From Candidatus Nanosyncoccaceae bacterium (GTDB lineage: Bacteria > Patescibacteriota > Saccharimonadia > Saccharimonadales > Saccharimonadaceae): 64,000 nt of DNA. The notes below the pieces were generated by a model that was not told the DNA's origin, did not search any database, and saw only the letters and a program-made list of their open reading frames with translations. Positions within the stretch are counted from its first letter, which is position 1. Each line of letters starts with the position of its first letter. Shown one piece after another: positions 26,901-36,953 of the stretch. The position numbers and the translations under genes were made by a program. Location: positions 124,385 to 188,384 of the forward strand of contig JAZSOA010000012.1 in NCBI GenBank assembly GCA_045536655.1, read 5' to 3'.

Positions 26901-27641
26901 ATGCCAACAGCAGACAATATTGTTGAAGTTAATCATTTCCGTATCGAGATTGGCGGCAAAACTATCATTAAAGATCTATCCTTCGCCGTAAAACGCGGTG
27001 AAATTTTTGGCTTGCTCGGCAGCAATGGCTGCGGCAAAACCACCACGATTCGCGCCTTGCTCGGCATCTATGAAGCTACTGGCGGCGAACTATTAATCGA
27101 CGGCCAAAAATTTACTCCAGACAGCAAGACCAAAATCGGCTACCTCCCAGAAGAACGCGGCCTCTACAAAAAAGAAACTGTTATCGATGTCATGACTTAT
27201 TTTGGCAAACTCCGCGGTATGAAGCGCGCCAAAAGCTGGAGTCTGCGTTACCTCAAACGCGTCGGCTTGGCTGAATATGCCAAAACCCGCATCGATAAGC
27301 TCTCGCAAGGACAGCAACAGAAAATTCAGCTCGGTATCACTATTATGAACCAGCCAGACCTACTAATCCTCGATGAGCCGACTAAGGGTTTCGACCCAGT
27401 TAACCGCCGCCTTCTCATGGATATTATCGACGAGCTCCATCAAAAAGGCTGCACGATTATCCTAATCACGCATTATATGGATGAAGTAGAAAAGCTCTGC
27501 GACGACATTCTCCTACTTAAGGACGGCGTCGCCCGTGCCTACGGTAAGGTCATGGATGTCAGAAAACAATTCCGCTACAAAAACTTAGACCAGATCTTCA
27601 TTGATGTCTACGGTAACAAAGAGGAGACACGCAGTGCGTAA
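26901..27641 (+). CDS. ABC transporter ATP-binding protein
   Basis: GSNGCGKTT Walker A, LSQGQQQK signature, LLILDEP Walker B. Confidence 0.9.
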   Translation: MPTADNIVEVNHFRIEIGGKTIIKDLSFAVKRGEIFGLLGSNGCGKTTTIRALLGIYEATGGELLIDGQKFTPDSKTKIGYLPEERGLYKKETVIDVMTYFGKLRGMKRAKSWSLRYLKRVGLAEYAKTRIDKLSQGQQQKIQLGITIMNQPDLLILDEPTKGFDPVNRRLLMDIIDELHQKGCTIILITHYMDEVEKLCDDILLLKDGVARAYGKVMDVRKQFRYKNLDQIFIDVYGNKEETRSA

Positions 27642-28884
27642 TTTATTCAACGTTATTAGATTCGAAGTTGTACGCAGCCTCAAGAAGCCAAGCTTCTGGA
27701 TTGCCGCCATTCTCGTACCCGTAGTTTTTGCGGCCTACATTTTTATCTGCGCCCTCGTCGGTTACAACACCGGTAGCAGTATCGAATCAGGCAGCGCTGT
27801 AGCCAACCTCAAACTAGCCGTCGTCGACAAATCCGACTATCTCAAATATTTCGAATTCACCAACGAGGCCGACGAAGAGCAGAGCCTCGAGCAATACGAA
27901 GAACTCGATACTGCCCTCGAAGCGCTCAAGAAACGCGAGATCGACGTACTATACTATCTTCCAGCCGATTTTGCCGAAACCCAAAACGTCGAAATCTACA
28001 GCAAGCCAGAGCGTAGCAAAATTACCGACGATTTCAAGGCGCCAATTGCCGCTTTGCTTAACCAGTCCGCCAAGAAGAACGTCAAAACCATCGACGCCAA
28101 GGTTCTCAGTAACGAGCTCAACTTTAGCACTACTACCTTCGATGCTAACGACAATCACGTCATCGAGCTCAAAGAACAGCTCACGGCACTCGTTGCGCCA
28201 GTAGCCGCCGTCGTACTTTTTTATATCCTGATGGCCATGCTCGGCAATCGACTTTCAGTTGCTATGACCGAAGAAAAAGAGAACCGCATCAGTGAATTGC
28301 TCCTCGTCAGTCTCAAGCCAATCCACCTCATTACGGGCAAAATTATCTCTCTCATGATTATTGGCATTATTCAGCTTATTATCTTATTAATCCCAGTTGC
28401 CGCAGTCTATTACCTCGGCCTCCAACGTGGCGTCATTCCAGCCGAATATACTATCGATTTCAATCTTCAGAGCATCCTGAGCTCGCTCGCCTTGCTTATC
28501 TCATCTTACTTCCTCTTTACCTCTATTAATGTCCTAGTCGGTACGCTTGTTTCGACTGCCAAGGAAGCCACCAACTTTGCCGGCTTTATCGTCATTATTA
28601 TGATCATTCCATTTGTCATGATCAACATCTTCACAACTGGCGAAAATTCCACGCTTTCATACATTCTCAGTTATTTCCCACTTTCCGCGCCACTCAGCCT
28701 CATGTTGCGCGCCATCTTCAACAATCTGCCAAGCTGGGAATTAGCTCTCGGCATTGCAGACATCCTTATCTTCTCGTTCATTATCATCCGCATTGCGACC
28801 CACGTTTTCTGCCACAACGCCGTCGACTTCTCAATCAAAAACAAGTTTAAAAACTTTGGTAAAACAAGAAAGAATTGGAGTTAA
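27634..28884 (+). CDS. ABC-2 type (NatB-like) permease
   Basis: N-terminal TM, a large extracytoplasmic loop, then 5-6 TM helices. GAGGAG SD plus GTG 27634. The track ORF starts at 27601. Confidence 0.75.
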   Translation: MRNLFNVIRFEVVRSLKKPSFWIAAILVPVVFAAYIFICALVGYNTGSSIESGSAVANLKLAVVDKSDYLKYFEFTNEADEEQSLEQYEELDTALEALKKREIDVLYYLPADFAETQNVEIYSKPERSKITDDFKAPIAALLNQSAKKNVKTIDAKVLSNELNFSTTTFDANDNHVIELKEQLTALVAPVAAVVLFYILMAMLGNRLSVAMTEEKENRISELLLVSLKPIHLITGKIISLMIIGIIQLIILLIPVAAVYYLGLQRGVIPAEYTIDFNLQSILSSLALLISSYFLFTSINVLVGTLVSTAKEATNFAGFIVIIMIIPFVMINIFTTGENSTLSYILSYFPLSAPLSLMLRAIFNNLPSWELALGIADILIFSFIIIRIATHVFCHNAVDFSIKNKFKNFGKTRKNWS

Positions 28885-28886
28885 AT

Positions 28887-30122
28887 ATGGACAGTCTTAG
28901 TATTCTACTTGGGAAGGGTATCCAAAAAATCAGCAAATTACGCGGTGGTGGCGGCTCAGCCTTGCCAGGCCTCGTTATCGAAAAGACCAACCCAAACTTC
29001 CTCAAGAAAACTCTTTCGAGACTCCCGTATGGCGTAGTTGTAATTTCTGGTACCAACGGCAAAACCACCACGACCAAAATCGTTTCTGAGCTCCTTGCTA
29101 AACAAGGCCTAAAGGTCTTTACAAACAAGACTGGTAGTAATTTCGTACGCGGCGCTATTTCAGCCGTACTCGAAGAAATCAAGATTAGCGGCAAGTTCGA
29201 TTACGATATTGCCGTCCTCGAACTCGACGAAGCCCATGCGGTTAAATTCTGCGAAACAGTCCCAGTCAACTATTCCTTAGTATTGAACGTTCAGCGCGAT
29301 CAACTTGACCGCTTCGGCGAAATCGATCATACCGCCGAACTCCTCGAAAAACTCACCAGCAGCACCAAAAAGTGTGCTGTCCTCAACCGTGAAGATAGTC
29401 GAGTCTCGAAGCTACATAGCAAAAAGGTTATCTACTACGGCCTCAGCACGCCACTCTTAAAAAACTTCCCAAACGACGACAATCTTCTGAACGCTAAAGA
29501 CGAGAAGAGCTCTAATAAAAAAGCAACCGTCACACTCGAAAGGCTCAAAGGCCAGATCGCGACCTATGATATCGAAGGCCAGAAGTTTAGCTGCGACCTC
29601 ACCCTCAAGGGTATTTATAATGCCTACAACGCCGCCGGCGCTCTTGCACTCTGCCATGAAATCATGCCAGAAATCCCAGTTGGCGAATTCATCAAATATC
29701 TCGACTGTATCGAATCCGCCTTCGGCCGCGGCGAAGTCTTCAAAATTAACGGCGCCGACGTCGAACTTTTGCTTGTCAAAAATCCAGCCGCCTTTCAGCT
29801 TAGTCTCGCCAGCTTTGCAGACAACGAGCACGAGTATATGATTGCCATCAACGACGAAACCGCCGACGGGCACGACGTGAGCTGGCTCTGGAACGTCAAC
29901 TTCAAAGCACTTCCACGCGTCAAATACGTTTCCGGTACTCGCGCCGCAGACATGGCACTCCGTCTCAAATACGATGAGGTACCAGTCGATGGCGGCAATC
30001 CAGATATCGCCATTGCAACCAACCGCTTCATGAGCGAGTCGAAGAATCCAAAGCGCATCTTTGCGACCTACACGGCCATGCTTGAAATTCGCAAAATCAT
30101 AACAGGAAAGAGCTTACTCTAA
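28887..30122 (+). CDS. murT: Lipid II isoglutaminyl synthase subunit MurT (Mur-ligase family)
   Basis: ISGTNGKTTT P-loop and a C-terminal DVSWLWNVNF (DUF1727-like) motif. Paired with GatD. Confidence 0.8.
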   Translation: MDSLSILLGKGIQKISKLRGGGGSALPGLVIEKTNPNFLKKTLSRLPYGVVVISGTNGKTTTTKIVSELLAKQGLKVFTNKTGSNFVRGAISAVLEEIKISGKFDYDIAVLELDEAHAVKFCETVPVNYSLVLNVQRDQLDRFGEIDHTAELLEKLTSSTKKCAVLNREDSRVSKLHSKKVIYYGLSTPLLKNFPNDDNLLNAKDEKSSNKKATVTLERLKGQIATYDIEGQKFSCDLTLKGIYNAYNAAGALALCHEIMPEIPVGEFIKYLDCIESAFGRGEVFKINGADVELLLVKNPAAFQLSLASFADNEHEYMIAINDETADGHDVSWLWNVNFKALPRVKYVSGTRAADMALRLKYDEVPVDGGNPDIAIATNRFMSESKNPKRIFATYTAMLEIRKIITGKSLL

Positions 30123-30841
30123 TGACAATTACAATTTTGCATCTATACCCACGCGAAATGAATCTCTACGGAGATCATGGTAATATCTTGACGCTCGTCA
30201 AGCGTTGCGAATGGCGCGGCATCAAAACTAAAGTTATCGAACATGAACCAGGCCAAGCCCTACCAAAAAACATCGATATTATTTTTGGTGGCGGCGGTCA
30301 GGATTCGGGCCAAAACAAGATCGAAGAAGATCTCAAAAAGATTGCTCCAGAACTCAAAAAGCGCGTCGAAAACGGCACACCAACCCTAGTCATCTGTGGC
30401 CTCTATCAGCTTTTTGGTAAATCTTTTACTACCACAGACGAGCACCGCATTGAGGGTATCGATATTCTCAAGCTCAGTACGGTTGCTGGCGACGAACGCC
30501 TCATTGGCAACATCGTAATTAAGAATGACCAATTCGGCGAAGTTGTCGGTTACGAAAACCATTCCGGCCTCACCACTCTCGAAGATAAAAGCCAAGCTTT
30601 CGGTACTGTCATATCTGGTGCTGGCAATAACGGAGAAGACCAAACCGAAGGCTGCATGTACAAAAACTGCATTGGCACCTATCTACACGGTCCAGTCCTA
30701 CCAAAGAACCCAAAAATTGCCGACTTCCTGATCGAAACTGCTATCCGTCGCCAAAGAGGCGGAGATAAGTTCAAATTCACCGAACTAGACGATTCGGCAG
30801 AGAAGGCTGCTCACCGCAGCGCCGCCAAACGCCCAAGATAA
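30122..30841 (+). CDS. gatD: Lipid II isoglutaminyl synthase glutaminase subunit GatD (CobQ-type GATase)
   Basis: LVICGLYQLFG nucleophile Cys and GTYLHGP His motif. TAATG overlap with murT. Confidence 0.8.
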   Translation: MTITILHLYPREMNLYGDHGNILTLVKRCEWRGIKTKVIEHEPGQALPKNIDIIFGGGGQDSGQNKIEEDLKKIAPELKKRVENGTPTLVICGLYQLFGKSFTTTDEHRIEGIDILKLSTVAGDERLIGNIVIKNDQFGEVVGYENHSGLTTLEDKSQAFGTVISGAGNNGEDQTEGCMYKNCIGTYLHGPVLPKNPKIADFLIETAIRRQRGGDKFKFTELDDSAEKAAHRSAAKRPR

Positions 30842-30975
30842 TTGACATAATAGTAGTCTCATTATATAATCAATTCACTTTTTGCTCTTTACAATCCGAG
30901 CCAAAAGCCTAGCACAAGGGCCAGATTGCGCTAGCATACGCTTTGTTTTTCAGTTTTGAAATAGGGAGGCAAAAC

Positions 30976-31446
30976 ATGAAAAAGAGAAAAATCAGAATCG
31001 GACGAGTCATTTTAGCCCTAGCAATCTATGTCATCATTGGCATCTTTCCGCTCAAGTTCACGCACGTTCGCACCGACCAAGCGAAGTCTGAGCTCGCCCA
31101 GGAACTGCTTGCCCAATCCCGCAGCTACCCCAAAGAAATCCGAGAAATCCTCAAAAAGTCTGCCGAAGATCCACGCTACGCCAGAGATCATATTCACGTC
31201 TGGGATCCAGACGGAATAGGATATCATCCCTACGATACCTACATCGGCGGACAAAAATCATGGCACAGTGAGGCTTATATCGTTCCAAACACCGGCGAAA
31301 AAACAGGGAGAGTCATTCTCAATAACGAAACAACCGCAGATTTCCTCTTCATGCTTTCGGCGTCTTGGTTTCTCGGAATTCCATTTGGACTGATGTATTT
31401 ATGCGCTCGAGACGAGCAAAATGAATACTACACGGAAGCACAGTAA
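30976..31446 (+). CDS. Hypothetical two-TM membrane protein
   Basis: TTGACA-17-TATAAT promoter at about 30842-30870, GGGAGG SD, MKKRKIRIGRVILALAIYVIIGIF start. Confidence 0.5.
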   Translation: MKKRKIRIGRVILALAIYVIIGIFPLKFTHVRTDQAKSELAQELLAQSRSYPKEIREILKKSAEDPRYARDHIHVWDPDGIGYHPYDTYIGGQKSWHSEAYIVPNTGEKTGRVILNNETTADFLFMLSASWFLGIPFGLMYLCARDEQNEYYTEAQ

Positions 31447-31529
31447 TAGATCCCTCAGAAAAAGAGAAATATTGTAGAACACTGTTTCAAACTGGCCTAA
31501 GACGCGCTTATACCAAGCGCGTTTTTTCT

Positions 31530-32714
31530 TTATTTCTTTAATTCGACCGGCAAGGCTGCCCAGTTCAAACGCTGACCAATCGCGGCATTTTCTGCTTCGT
31601 TCGCCGCACGCGGAATCAAAGTCTGGCGATCCGTCGTCGTGCCATGATAATCAAATTTCAGACCAATATTCACCTTATTGAGTCCAGCAGCAACAATCTC
31701 ATCATAACAAGCACCATCCTGCGCGACACAAAGCTCAGACAACTTATCCCAAGCCTCAAAATCTACATCCTTGCCATCAATCGAAATATCCGCCTCGATT
31801 GCCGCCGAACGCGCCGTCTCTAAATCGGACTGATCAAACATGAAGTTGCCCATCGAATAGACAATCAGATGACCGTTATAAGCTTCGGCGTTCTGTGTCC
31901 AGTGCGGATGATCCGCAATCACTGCTTCAACCCCACGATCAATCATTTCGTGATACAGATTCGTACGCAAAGTATCAGCCGAAGACTTATATTCTGCGCC
32001 CATGTGCGGCATCGCAAAGGTTGGCACCACCTGGGCATATTTTTCTATATTCTCGCGAGCCGCTTGTACCGGAATACCAAACACGCCATGCGCGCTACAA
32101 AAACCAAACGGCATTTGATGTTGCTCGGTCTCGCCATTCTCCAAAACAGCGTTGATTGGCAAGACTACAATCCCGCAATTATTTTCGCCGTCCGTATATT
32201 CATAGCTACCAAAATATTGAATCCCATACTCTTTGAGATATTCTTTAGTTTTCGCAAAACCTTCCGGACCTTGATTATCAGTATGGTTATTACCTAGCAA
32301 AAAGACTGTAAAATATTTACTAGCTTCTGGAAGATAATCTGGATCACAATTAAACTCAAAGAGATTTTCTTCAGCATAATCATCGTGACCATTGTCCGTA
32401 ACAGGACATTCCAAGCCACCAATCCAAGCATCATAATCTCCACGATTCATGCTATCTAAATTCGAAAATGGATACTGCACACCCAGCTCCGAAGCGCGCG
32501 CTTTTTTATTTGTACGACGCCCCCAAAAAGTTGTGCCCGTAAACAAAACTTTCGTATTGGCCGAAACAATCTCCGGCGTTGGCTCAGCCACGCGCGAATC
32601 CGAGCCAGCTGTCCGGTTTTCGAGGCGTGGCCGCAGCACTAAACAGCCGAGCACGGCTCCCGCCACCAAAACTACACCCCCTGATATTAATCCGATCCTC
32701 CAAGACTTTTTCAT
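31530..32714 (-). CDS. CapA/PGA_cap-family metallophosphoesterase-like membrane-anchored protein
   Basis: N-terminal TM, plus GNNHTDN, MPHMGAEY, ADHPHWTQN motifs. Confidence 0.7.
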   Translation of the reverse strand: MKKSWRIGLISGGVVLVAGAVLGCLVLRPRLENRTAGSDSRVAEPTPEIVSANTKVLFTGTTFWGRRTNKKARASELGVQYPFSNLDSMNRGDYDAWIGGLECPVTDNGHDDYAEENLFEFNCDPDYLPEASKYFTVFLLGNNHTDNQGPEGFAKTKEYLKEYGIQYFGSYEYTDGENNCGIVVLPINAVLENGETEQHQMPFGFCSAHGVFGIPVQAARENIEKYAQVVPTFAMPHMGAEYKSSADTLRTNLYHEMIDRGVEAVIADHPHWTQNAEAYNGHLIVYSMGNFMFDQSDLETARSAAIEADISIDGKDVDFEAWDKLSELCVAQDGACYDEIVAAGLNKVNIGLKFDYHGTTTDRQTLIPRAANEAENAAIGQRLNWAALPVELKK

Positions 32715-32802
32715 CTACTTCTATTTTAACGCCCTTATGTGTATTTTTGTAACTTTTTACAGCAAATTTTAAGATTACAGATTGTGATAAAATATATCTA
32801 AT

Positions 32803-33576
32803 ATGAAAGATACGATGTTCAATCTCAAGGGTGACGTCGCCGTCGTTACGGGCGCCTCATCCGGCCTCGGCAAACAAATGGCCGAAGCTTTTGCAAAACA
32901 GGGTGCCAATCTAGCAATTCTCGCTCGCCGCTTCGAACGCCTCGAAGCTCTCAAGGCTGAGCTTGAAGAAAAATACAAAGTCAAAGTTTTACCAGTCGCT
33001 TGCGATATTACCAAGAGTGAAAGCATTGACGCTGCCGCAGAGGCCGTCAAGAAAGAATACGGCAAGGTAGACATCTTGCTTAACTGCGCCGGTGCTAGCA
33101 AGGACAAGGGTGTCCTCGATATGGCCGACGACGAATGGGATTTTACCATCGCTACTGACCTTACTTCCGTTTTCAAGATGACCCGCGCTTTCGGCAATAT
33201 CATGGCCGAGAATAACTATGGCCGCATTATCAATATCGCCAGCATGTACGGCCTCGTTGGTAACTCCGAAATTCCAACCATCGCCTACCACTCCAGCAAA
33301 GGTGGCGTAGTTAACTTTACGCGCGCCGTCGCCGCTGAGCTTGCTACCAAGGGTATTACTTGCAACGCAATCTGCCCAGGCTACTTCGAAACTGAGCTAA
33401 CCAAAGCCGTCCTCGATACCGAGCAATTCCAGTCCTTCGCTAAGGCCCATGTCCCAATGCAGCGCTATGGTAAGCCAGGCGAACTCAATGCCGCCGCAAT
33501 CTTCTTCGCTAGCCACGAAGCTAGCTATGTCAATGGCGCAATCTTGCCAGTGGATGGCGGATATACGGCTGTTTAG
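32803..33576 (+). CDS. Short-chain dehydrogenase/reductase
   Basis: TGASSGLG cofactor motif and YHSSK catalytic motif. Confidence 0.9.
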   Translation: MKDTMFNLKGDVAVVTGASSGLGKQMAEAFAKQGANLAILARRFERLEALKAELEEKYKVKVLPVACDITKSESIDAAAEAVKKEYGKVDILLNCAGASKDKGVLDMADDEWDFTIATDLTSVFKMTRAFGNIMAENNYGRIINIASMYGLVGNSEIPTIAYHSSKGGVVNFTRAVAAELATKGITCNAICPGYFETELTKAVLDTEQFQSFAKAHVPMQRYGKPGELNAAAIFFASHEASYVNGAILPVDGGYTAV

Positions 33577-33641
33577 CTACTCTTTGACATAAAAATACCG
33601 ACCCCGCAAAGGGGCCGGTTTTTCATAATATCAATGAAGTA

Positions 33642-34508
33642 TTAGTCCGGAACATATTCGCCCGTATTCTTTCCATAGAAATGGTTTCGACGACCATCAC
33701 CATAGAAATACTGGTATTCACCACTCAGATAACGCTCCCCGCCGAATAGCCAGTTGTAAACCTGGTCGTATGCGACTTGGTAGTGATCTTCGCGGTAAGC
33801 CTTGTTCGAATAATAAGCGAACTGATTCGGTTTCAGCAGATTCTCGGAAATAGTATTGGGCCATTCCGGAGAATCCACTCGGTTCAAAACAGTCCAGATT
33901 ACGCAGGCCTGTTGCGCGTAGCTGCAGTCTCCACCCTCTTGTGCGACGGTTTTGGCCAGCATCACGATATCAGACTCACTGACATAATCATAAACCGATC
34001 CACCAACTGATTCAGATTCGTTTTCCTCCTCAGGTTCTTCCTCCCATGCGACGGGCTCGGAAGTGGCTTCCTCGATTTCGGTCGTTTCGGGCCGAGTTTC
34101 TTCCGTAGAAGTCGTCAAAGCAACGGTAGTAATAGTCGTTGTTGAAGTCGTAGTACAAGTAGTTGTCATGGATGATGTTGTGCCAATCATCTCTAAAACA
34201 GACACTGTGTCCTCAGCTTCAAATCTGACTTTCTCCTGTACCGCTTTCAGAGATTCGATGCTCCGCTCGAGCTTCAGGTTATTGCTCTGGGACGTCTCAA
34301 ATCTTGCTTCTTTTACGTACTCGATTTCGCCTGCAGAAACTTCGTCCGGCATATTAACAGCGCTGGCAGTAAGAGAAATTCCCATGCACAGCGTCAATAC
34401 ACCGACTAGTCCGGCAAGCACGATACCATCTCGCTTGAGATAACGTCGATACATGACGCGCAGATATCTCAGTACGTTACGAATTCCACGGTTGTTTGAA
34501 TGCTTCAT
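33642..34508 (-). CDS. Membrane-anchored SleB-type cell-wall hydrolase with a Thr-rich linker
   Basis: C-terminal AKTVAQEGG..QQACVIWTVLNRV..PNQF pattern and a TTSSMTTTCTTTSTTTITT linker. GGAGG SD plus ATG 34508. Visibly GC-richer than its neighbours. Confidence 0.65.
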   Translation of the reverse strand: MKHSNNRGIRNVLRYLRVMYRRYLKRDGIVLAGLVGVLTLCMGISLTASAVNMPDEVSAGEIEYVKEARFETSQSNNLKLERSIESLKAVQEKVRFEAEDTVSVLEMIGTTSSMTTTCTTTSTTTITTVALTTSTEETRPETTEIEEATSEPVAWEEEPEEENESESVGGSVYDYVSESDIVMLAKTVAQEGGDCSYAQQACVIWTVLNRVDSPEWPNTISENLLKPNQFAYYSNKAYREDHYQVAYDQVYNWLFGGERYLSGEYQYFYGDGRRNHFYGKNTGEYVPD

Positions 34509-34663
34509 GATTAATGTACCTCCGAATTGGAATATTTTTGCTGCCAAAAAAGCAACTTGTCTACTTTAACATATATCTAGACTAGTGTCAAGATACTTAT
34601 AGATATCAAAATTATTGTATTCACAAAAAAATAACGCCAAAAGGCGTTTGTTTTTCCAAAAAT

Positions 34664-34681
34664 GGTGGAGCATAAGAGACA
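34664..34681. repeat. Duplicated 3' end (18 nt) of tRNA-Ala
   Basis: tggtggagcataagagac is identical to 34849-34866. Confidence 0.85.
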
Positions 34682-34848
34682 TATTCTTCGCTACGCTCAG
34701 AACATTGCCGGGCGTCGCCTCGGAAATATAAATGCAAGCATTTCTGCTTCACTCGGCTCCTACGGCAACCGAACTCTACGAGTTCTCGTCTCTTTGTTTC
34801 AATTCATAAAGAATAAAAAAAAGGCCCATGGCCATTTTTTATTCTTTA

Positions 34849-34925
34849 TGGTGGAGCATAAGAGACTCGAACTCTTGACCTCCTGCTTGCAAAGCAGGCG
34901 CTCTAGCCAACTGAGCTAATGCCCC
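34849..34925 (-). tRNA. tRNA-Ala (UGC)
   Basis: Reverse complement is GGGGCATTAGCTCAGTTGGCTAGAGCGCCTGCTTTGCAAGCAGG..GTTCGAGTC..CTCCACCA, with the G3:U70 identity pair. Confidence 0.9.
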
Positions 34926-34942
34926 ATCTCGAATTGTAAAGG

Positions 34943-34965
34943 TTAGCTAGGTTGGCTAGAGCGCC
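34943..34965. repeat. Inverted partial copy of the tRNA-Ala D-arm region
   Basis: ttagctaggttggctagagcgcc matches tRNA sense nt 6-28 at 21 of 23 positions, but lies on the opposite strand. Confidence 0.75.
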
Positions 34966-35009
34966 GACGGCGCGTATTTGACTTACTCGGCGACAAGCGC
35001 CTCGTACAG

Positions 35010-35037
35010 GCCAACTGAGCTAATGCCCCATCTCGAA
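35010..35037. repeat. Duplicated 5' end of tRNA-Ala (20 nt) plus 8 nt of upstream flank
   Basis: gccaactgagctaatgccccatctcgaa is identical to 34906-34933. Confidence 0.85.
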
Positions 35038-35214
35038 AACAGATTATATCACACTTGGATAAAATCATAAAGGGATAGAACCAGGGGGGCGGTTCCATCC
35101 CAAACAGATTGTAACAGAATTACCCAAATAATGCAAGCTATGGTCATTGTAGCGGGGGCGCGCTAAAATAGATAAAGCAACATATACAAACCTAAAGGGA
35201 AGGAGCTTATCGGT

Positions 35215-36153
35215 ATGCTCAAATATTACAAAACCGACCTTAGTACTAATTTAACTAAGGAAATTGACAACATTGAACCAGATTGCTGGATTGATCTATC
35301 TTCCCCCTCGCAAACCGAAGTCGAAAAAGTCATCGCCGAAACCGGCATCGAATCCGACCTTATCCTCAAGATGCTCGATGAGGATGAGCTTCCACGCATC
35401 GAAAGCTCCGAAGATGCCACGCTGATCGTCATTGACGTTCCAACCAGTATCGACAACGGCAAAAAGCACATCACCTATCCGCTCGGCGTCATTATTTCAG
35501 ACAACCATTACGTCGTAACCATCTCGCCAAAATCCACCAAAATCCTCAACGATTTCAAGAAAAACCTCGTCAAAGATTTCCGCACCGCCAAGAAAACCCG
35601 CTTTTTAATCCAGATTATCATTAGCGCCGCGGCCGGCTATCTCAAAGTTCTTAAAGGTATCTATAGCAATATCGAAAACAAAGAGAAAGTCCTCCAACAG
35701 TCCACCAAAAACGAGGATCTTATCGACCTACTTTCGACCGAGAAAACCCTCGTATACTTTGCGACCTCTCTCAAAGAAAACGATTTAGTCCTCGAGCGCC
35801 TCAGCAAAGGCATCGTTTTGCCACTTTACGAAGGCGACCTAGATTTGCTTGAAGACGCCCTCATTGAAAACCGCCAGGCGATTGACATGGCCGGTATCTA
35901 CCAAAACATTCTTAATTCCATCACCGAAACCTATGCTACGATTGTTTCGAACAATCTTAACAATGTCATGAAGTTCCTTGCCGGCGCCACCATCGTCTTG
36001 TCGATTCCTACCATGATTTCATCCTTCCTTGGCATGAATGTTCCGTTTGGCGTCATTGGCACAAGCGACCTCTCCGCTATTGCCGTTCTTGTCTTCTCGC
36101 TCATCGCCTCACTTCTCGTTGCAGCCTGGCTTAAAAAGAAAGGCATGCTCTAA
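35215..36153 (+). CDS. corA: CorA-family magnesium/cobalt transporter
   Basis: C-terminal two TM helices with the FLGMNVPF (GMN) signature. Confidence 0.85.
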   Translation: MLKYYKTDLSTNLTKEIDNIEPDCWIDLSSPSQTEVEKVIAETGIESDLILKMLDEDELPRIESSEDATLIVIDVPTSIDNGKKHITYPLGVIISDNHYVVTISPKSTKILNDFKKNLVKDFRTAKKTRFLIQIIISAAAGYLKVLKGIYSNIENKEKVLQQSTKNEDLIDLLSTEKTLVYFATSLKENDLVLERLSKGIVLPLYEGDLDLLEDALIENRQAIDMAGIYQNILNSITETYATIVSNNLNNVMKFLAGATIVLSIPTMISSFLGMNVPFGVIGTSDLSAIAVLVFSLIASLLVAAWLKKKGML

Positions 36154-36188
36154 ACGCAATATTGCACAGATGATATAATATAAGCATT

Positions 36189-36782
36189 ATGAGCAGCGCG
36201 AAAAAGGGAACAGCCGTGGCCAGCGAAAGCAAGGCCATCAAAATCGAAGTACAAAGCAAAAAGAAAATTCCATCATACGTCACAGTTTTAGCTGACATTG
36301 CCTTGCTAATTCTTGGCATTTGCATGGTTTGCTGGGCTAGCACTATTATTGACGTCATCTCGAAAGTTATCGGTGTCATCTTTATTGTTTACGCTCTCTA
36401 TTGCTTAATTGCCTATATCCGCATCGAAGAGAAACGCAACCGCGACTTACCAATGCTAATTACCGGCATTGCGCTCATTATTGTCGGCATCTTCTTCTTT
36501 ACGCAATCCGATTTAATCTCGCGCTTTGTTTCCTTTATTGTTGGCGCCTTCGTTACGCTTATTAGTATCATCCACTTGCAAGACGTTCTCGCGACTAGGG
36601 CAGTAAACAAATATTTCAAAGTCTCGCTCATCTTTACTTTGATTAGCCTACTGGCCGGTATTGCCTGTATCTTCGGCAAAATTCTCTTGCCAGAATCCTT
36701 CGTCCTTGTCATGGGTATCGCGCTCATCGTCTTCGCCACGGCAGACCTAGTCGGATTCATCTCTGCCAAAATCAAAAAATAA
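36189..36782 (+). CDS. HdeD/DUF308-like six-TM membrane protein
   Basis: Repeated paired TM helices with G-rich spacing. No catalytic motif seen. Confidence 0.5.
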   Translation: MSSAKKGTAVASESKAIKIEVQSKKKIPSYVTVLADIALLILGICMVCWASTIIDVISKVIGVIFIVYALYCLIAYIRIEEKRNRDLPMLITGIALIIVGIFFFTQSDLISRFVSFIVGAFVTLISIIHLQDVLATRAVNKYFKVSLIFTLISLLAGIACIFGKILLPESFVLVMGIALIVFATADLVGFISAKIKK

Positions 36783-36816
36783 ACATCAAAATACCCCGAG
36801 CTAATCGGAGTATTTT

Positions 36817-36942
36817 TTATTCGCCGCAAGCGTGAAGTTCTTCAGCGTCACCGCCTTCGTCTTCTTCGGTAGAAAGAATCTTTTCGACCTCTTCCTCCGC
36901 GTTTTCGGTTGCCTTCTTCCACTTATCGTCTTTATCTGCCAT
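36817..36942 (-). CDS. Possible 41-aa acidic mini-protein
   Basis: ATG 36942, MADKDDKWKKATENAEEEVEKILSTEEDEGGDAEELHACGE*. Lies 12 nt downstream of the 2H-phosphoesterase stop. Below the ORF-track size cut-off. Confidence 0.3.
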   Translation of the reverse strand: MADKDDKWKKATENAEEEVEKILSTEEDEGGDAEELHACGE

Positions 36943-36953
36943 ATTTAATCTCA

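Noticed and set aside
34662-34919. 85-aa plus-strand ORF (MVEHKRHIL...) and the 78-aa ORF at 38868-39104
   Set aside because: They run antisense across tRNA-Ala and tRNA-Gln and their duplicated fragments, so they are artefacts of the tRNA sequence.
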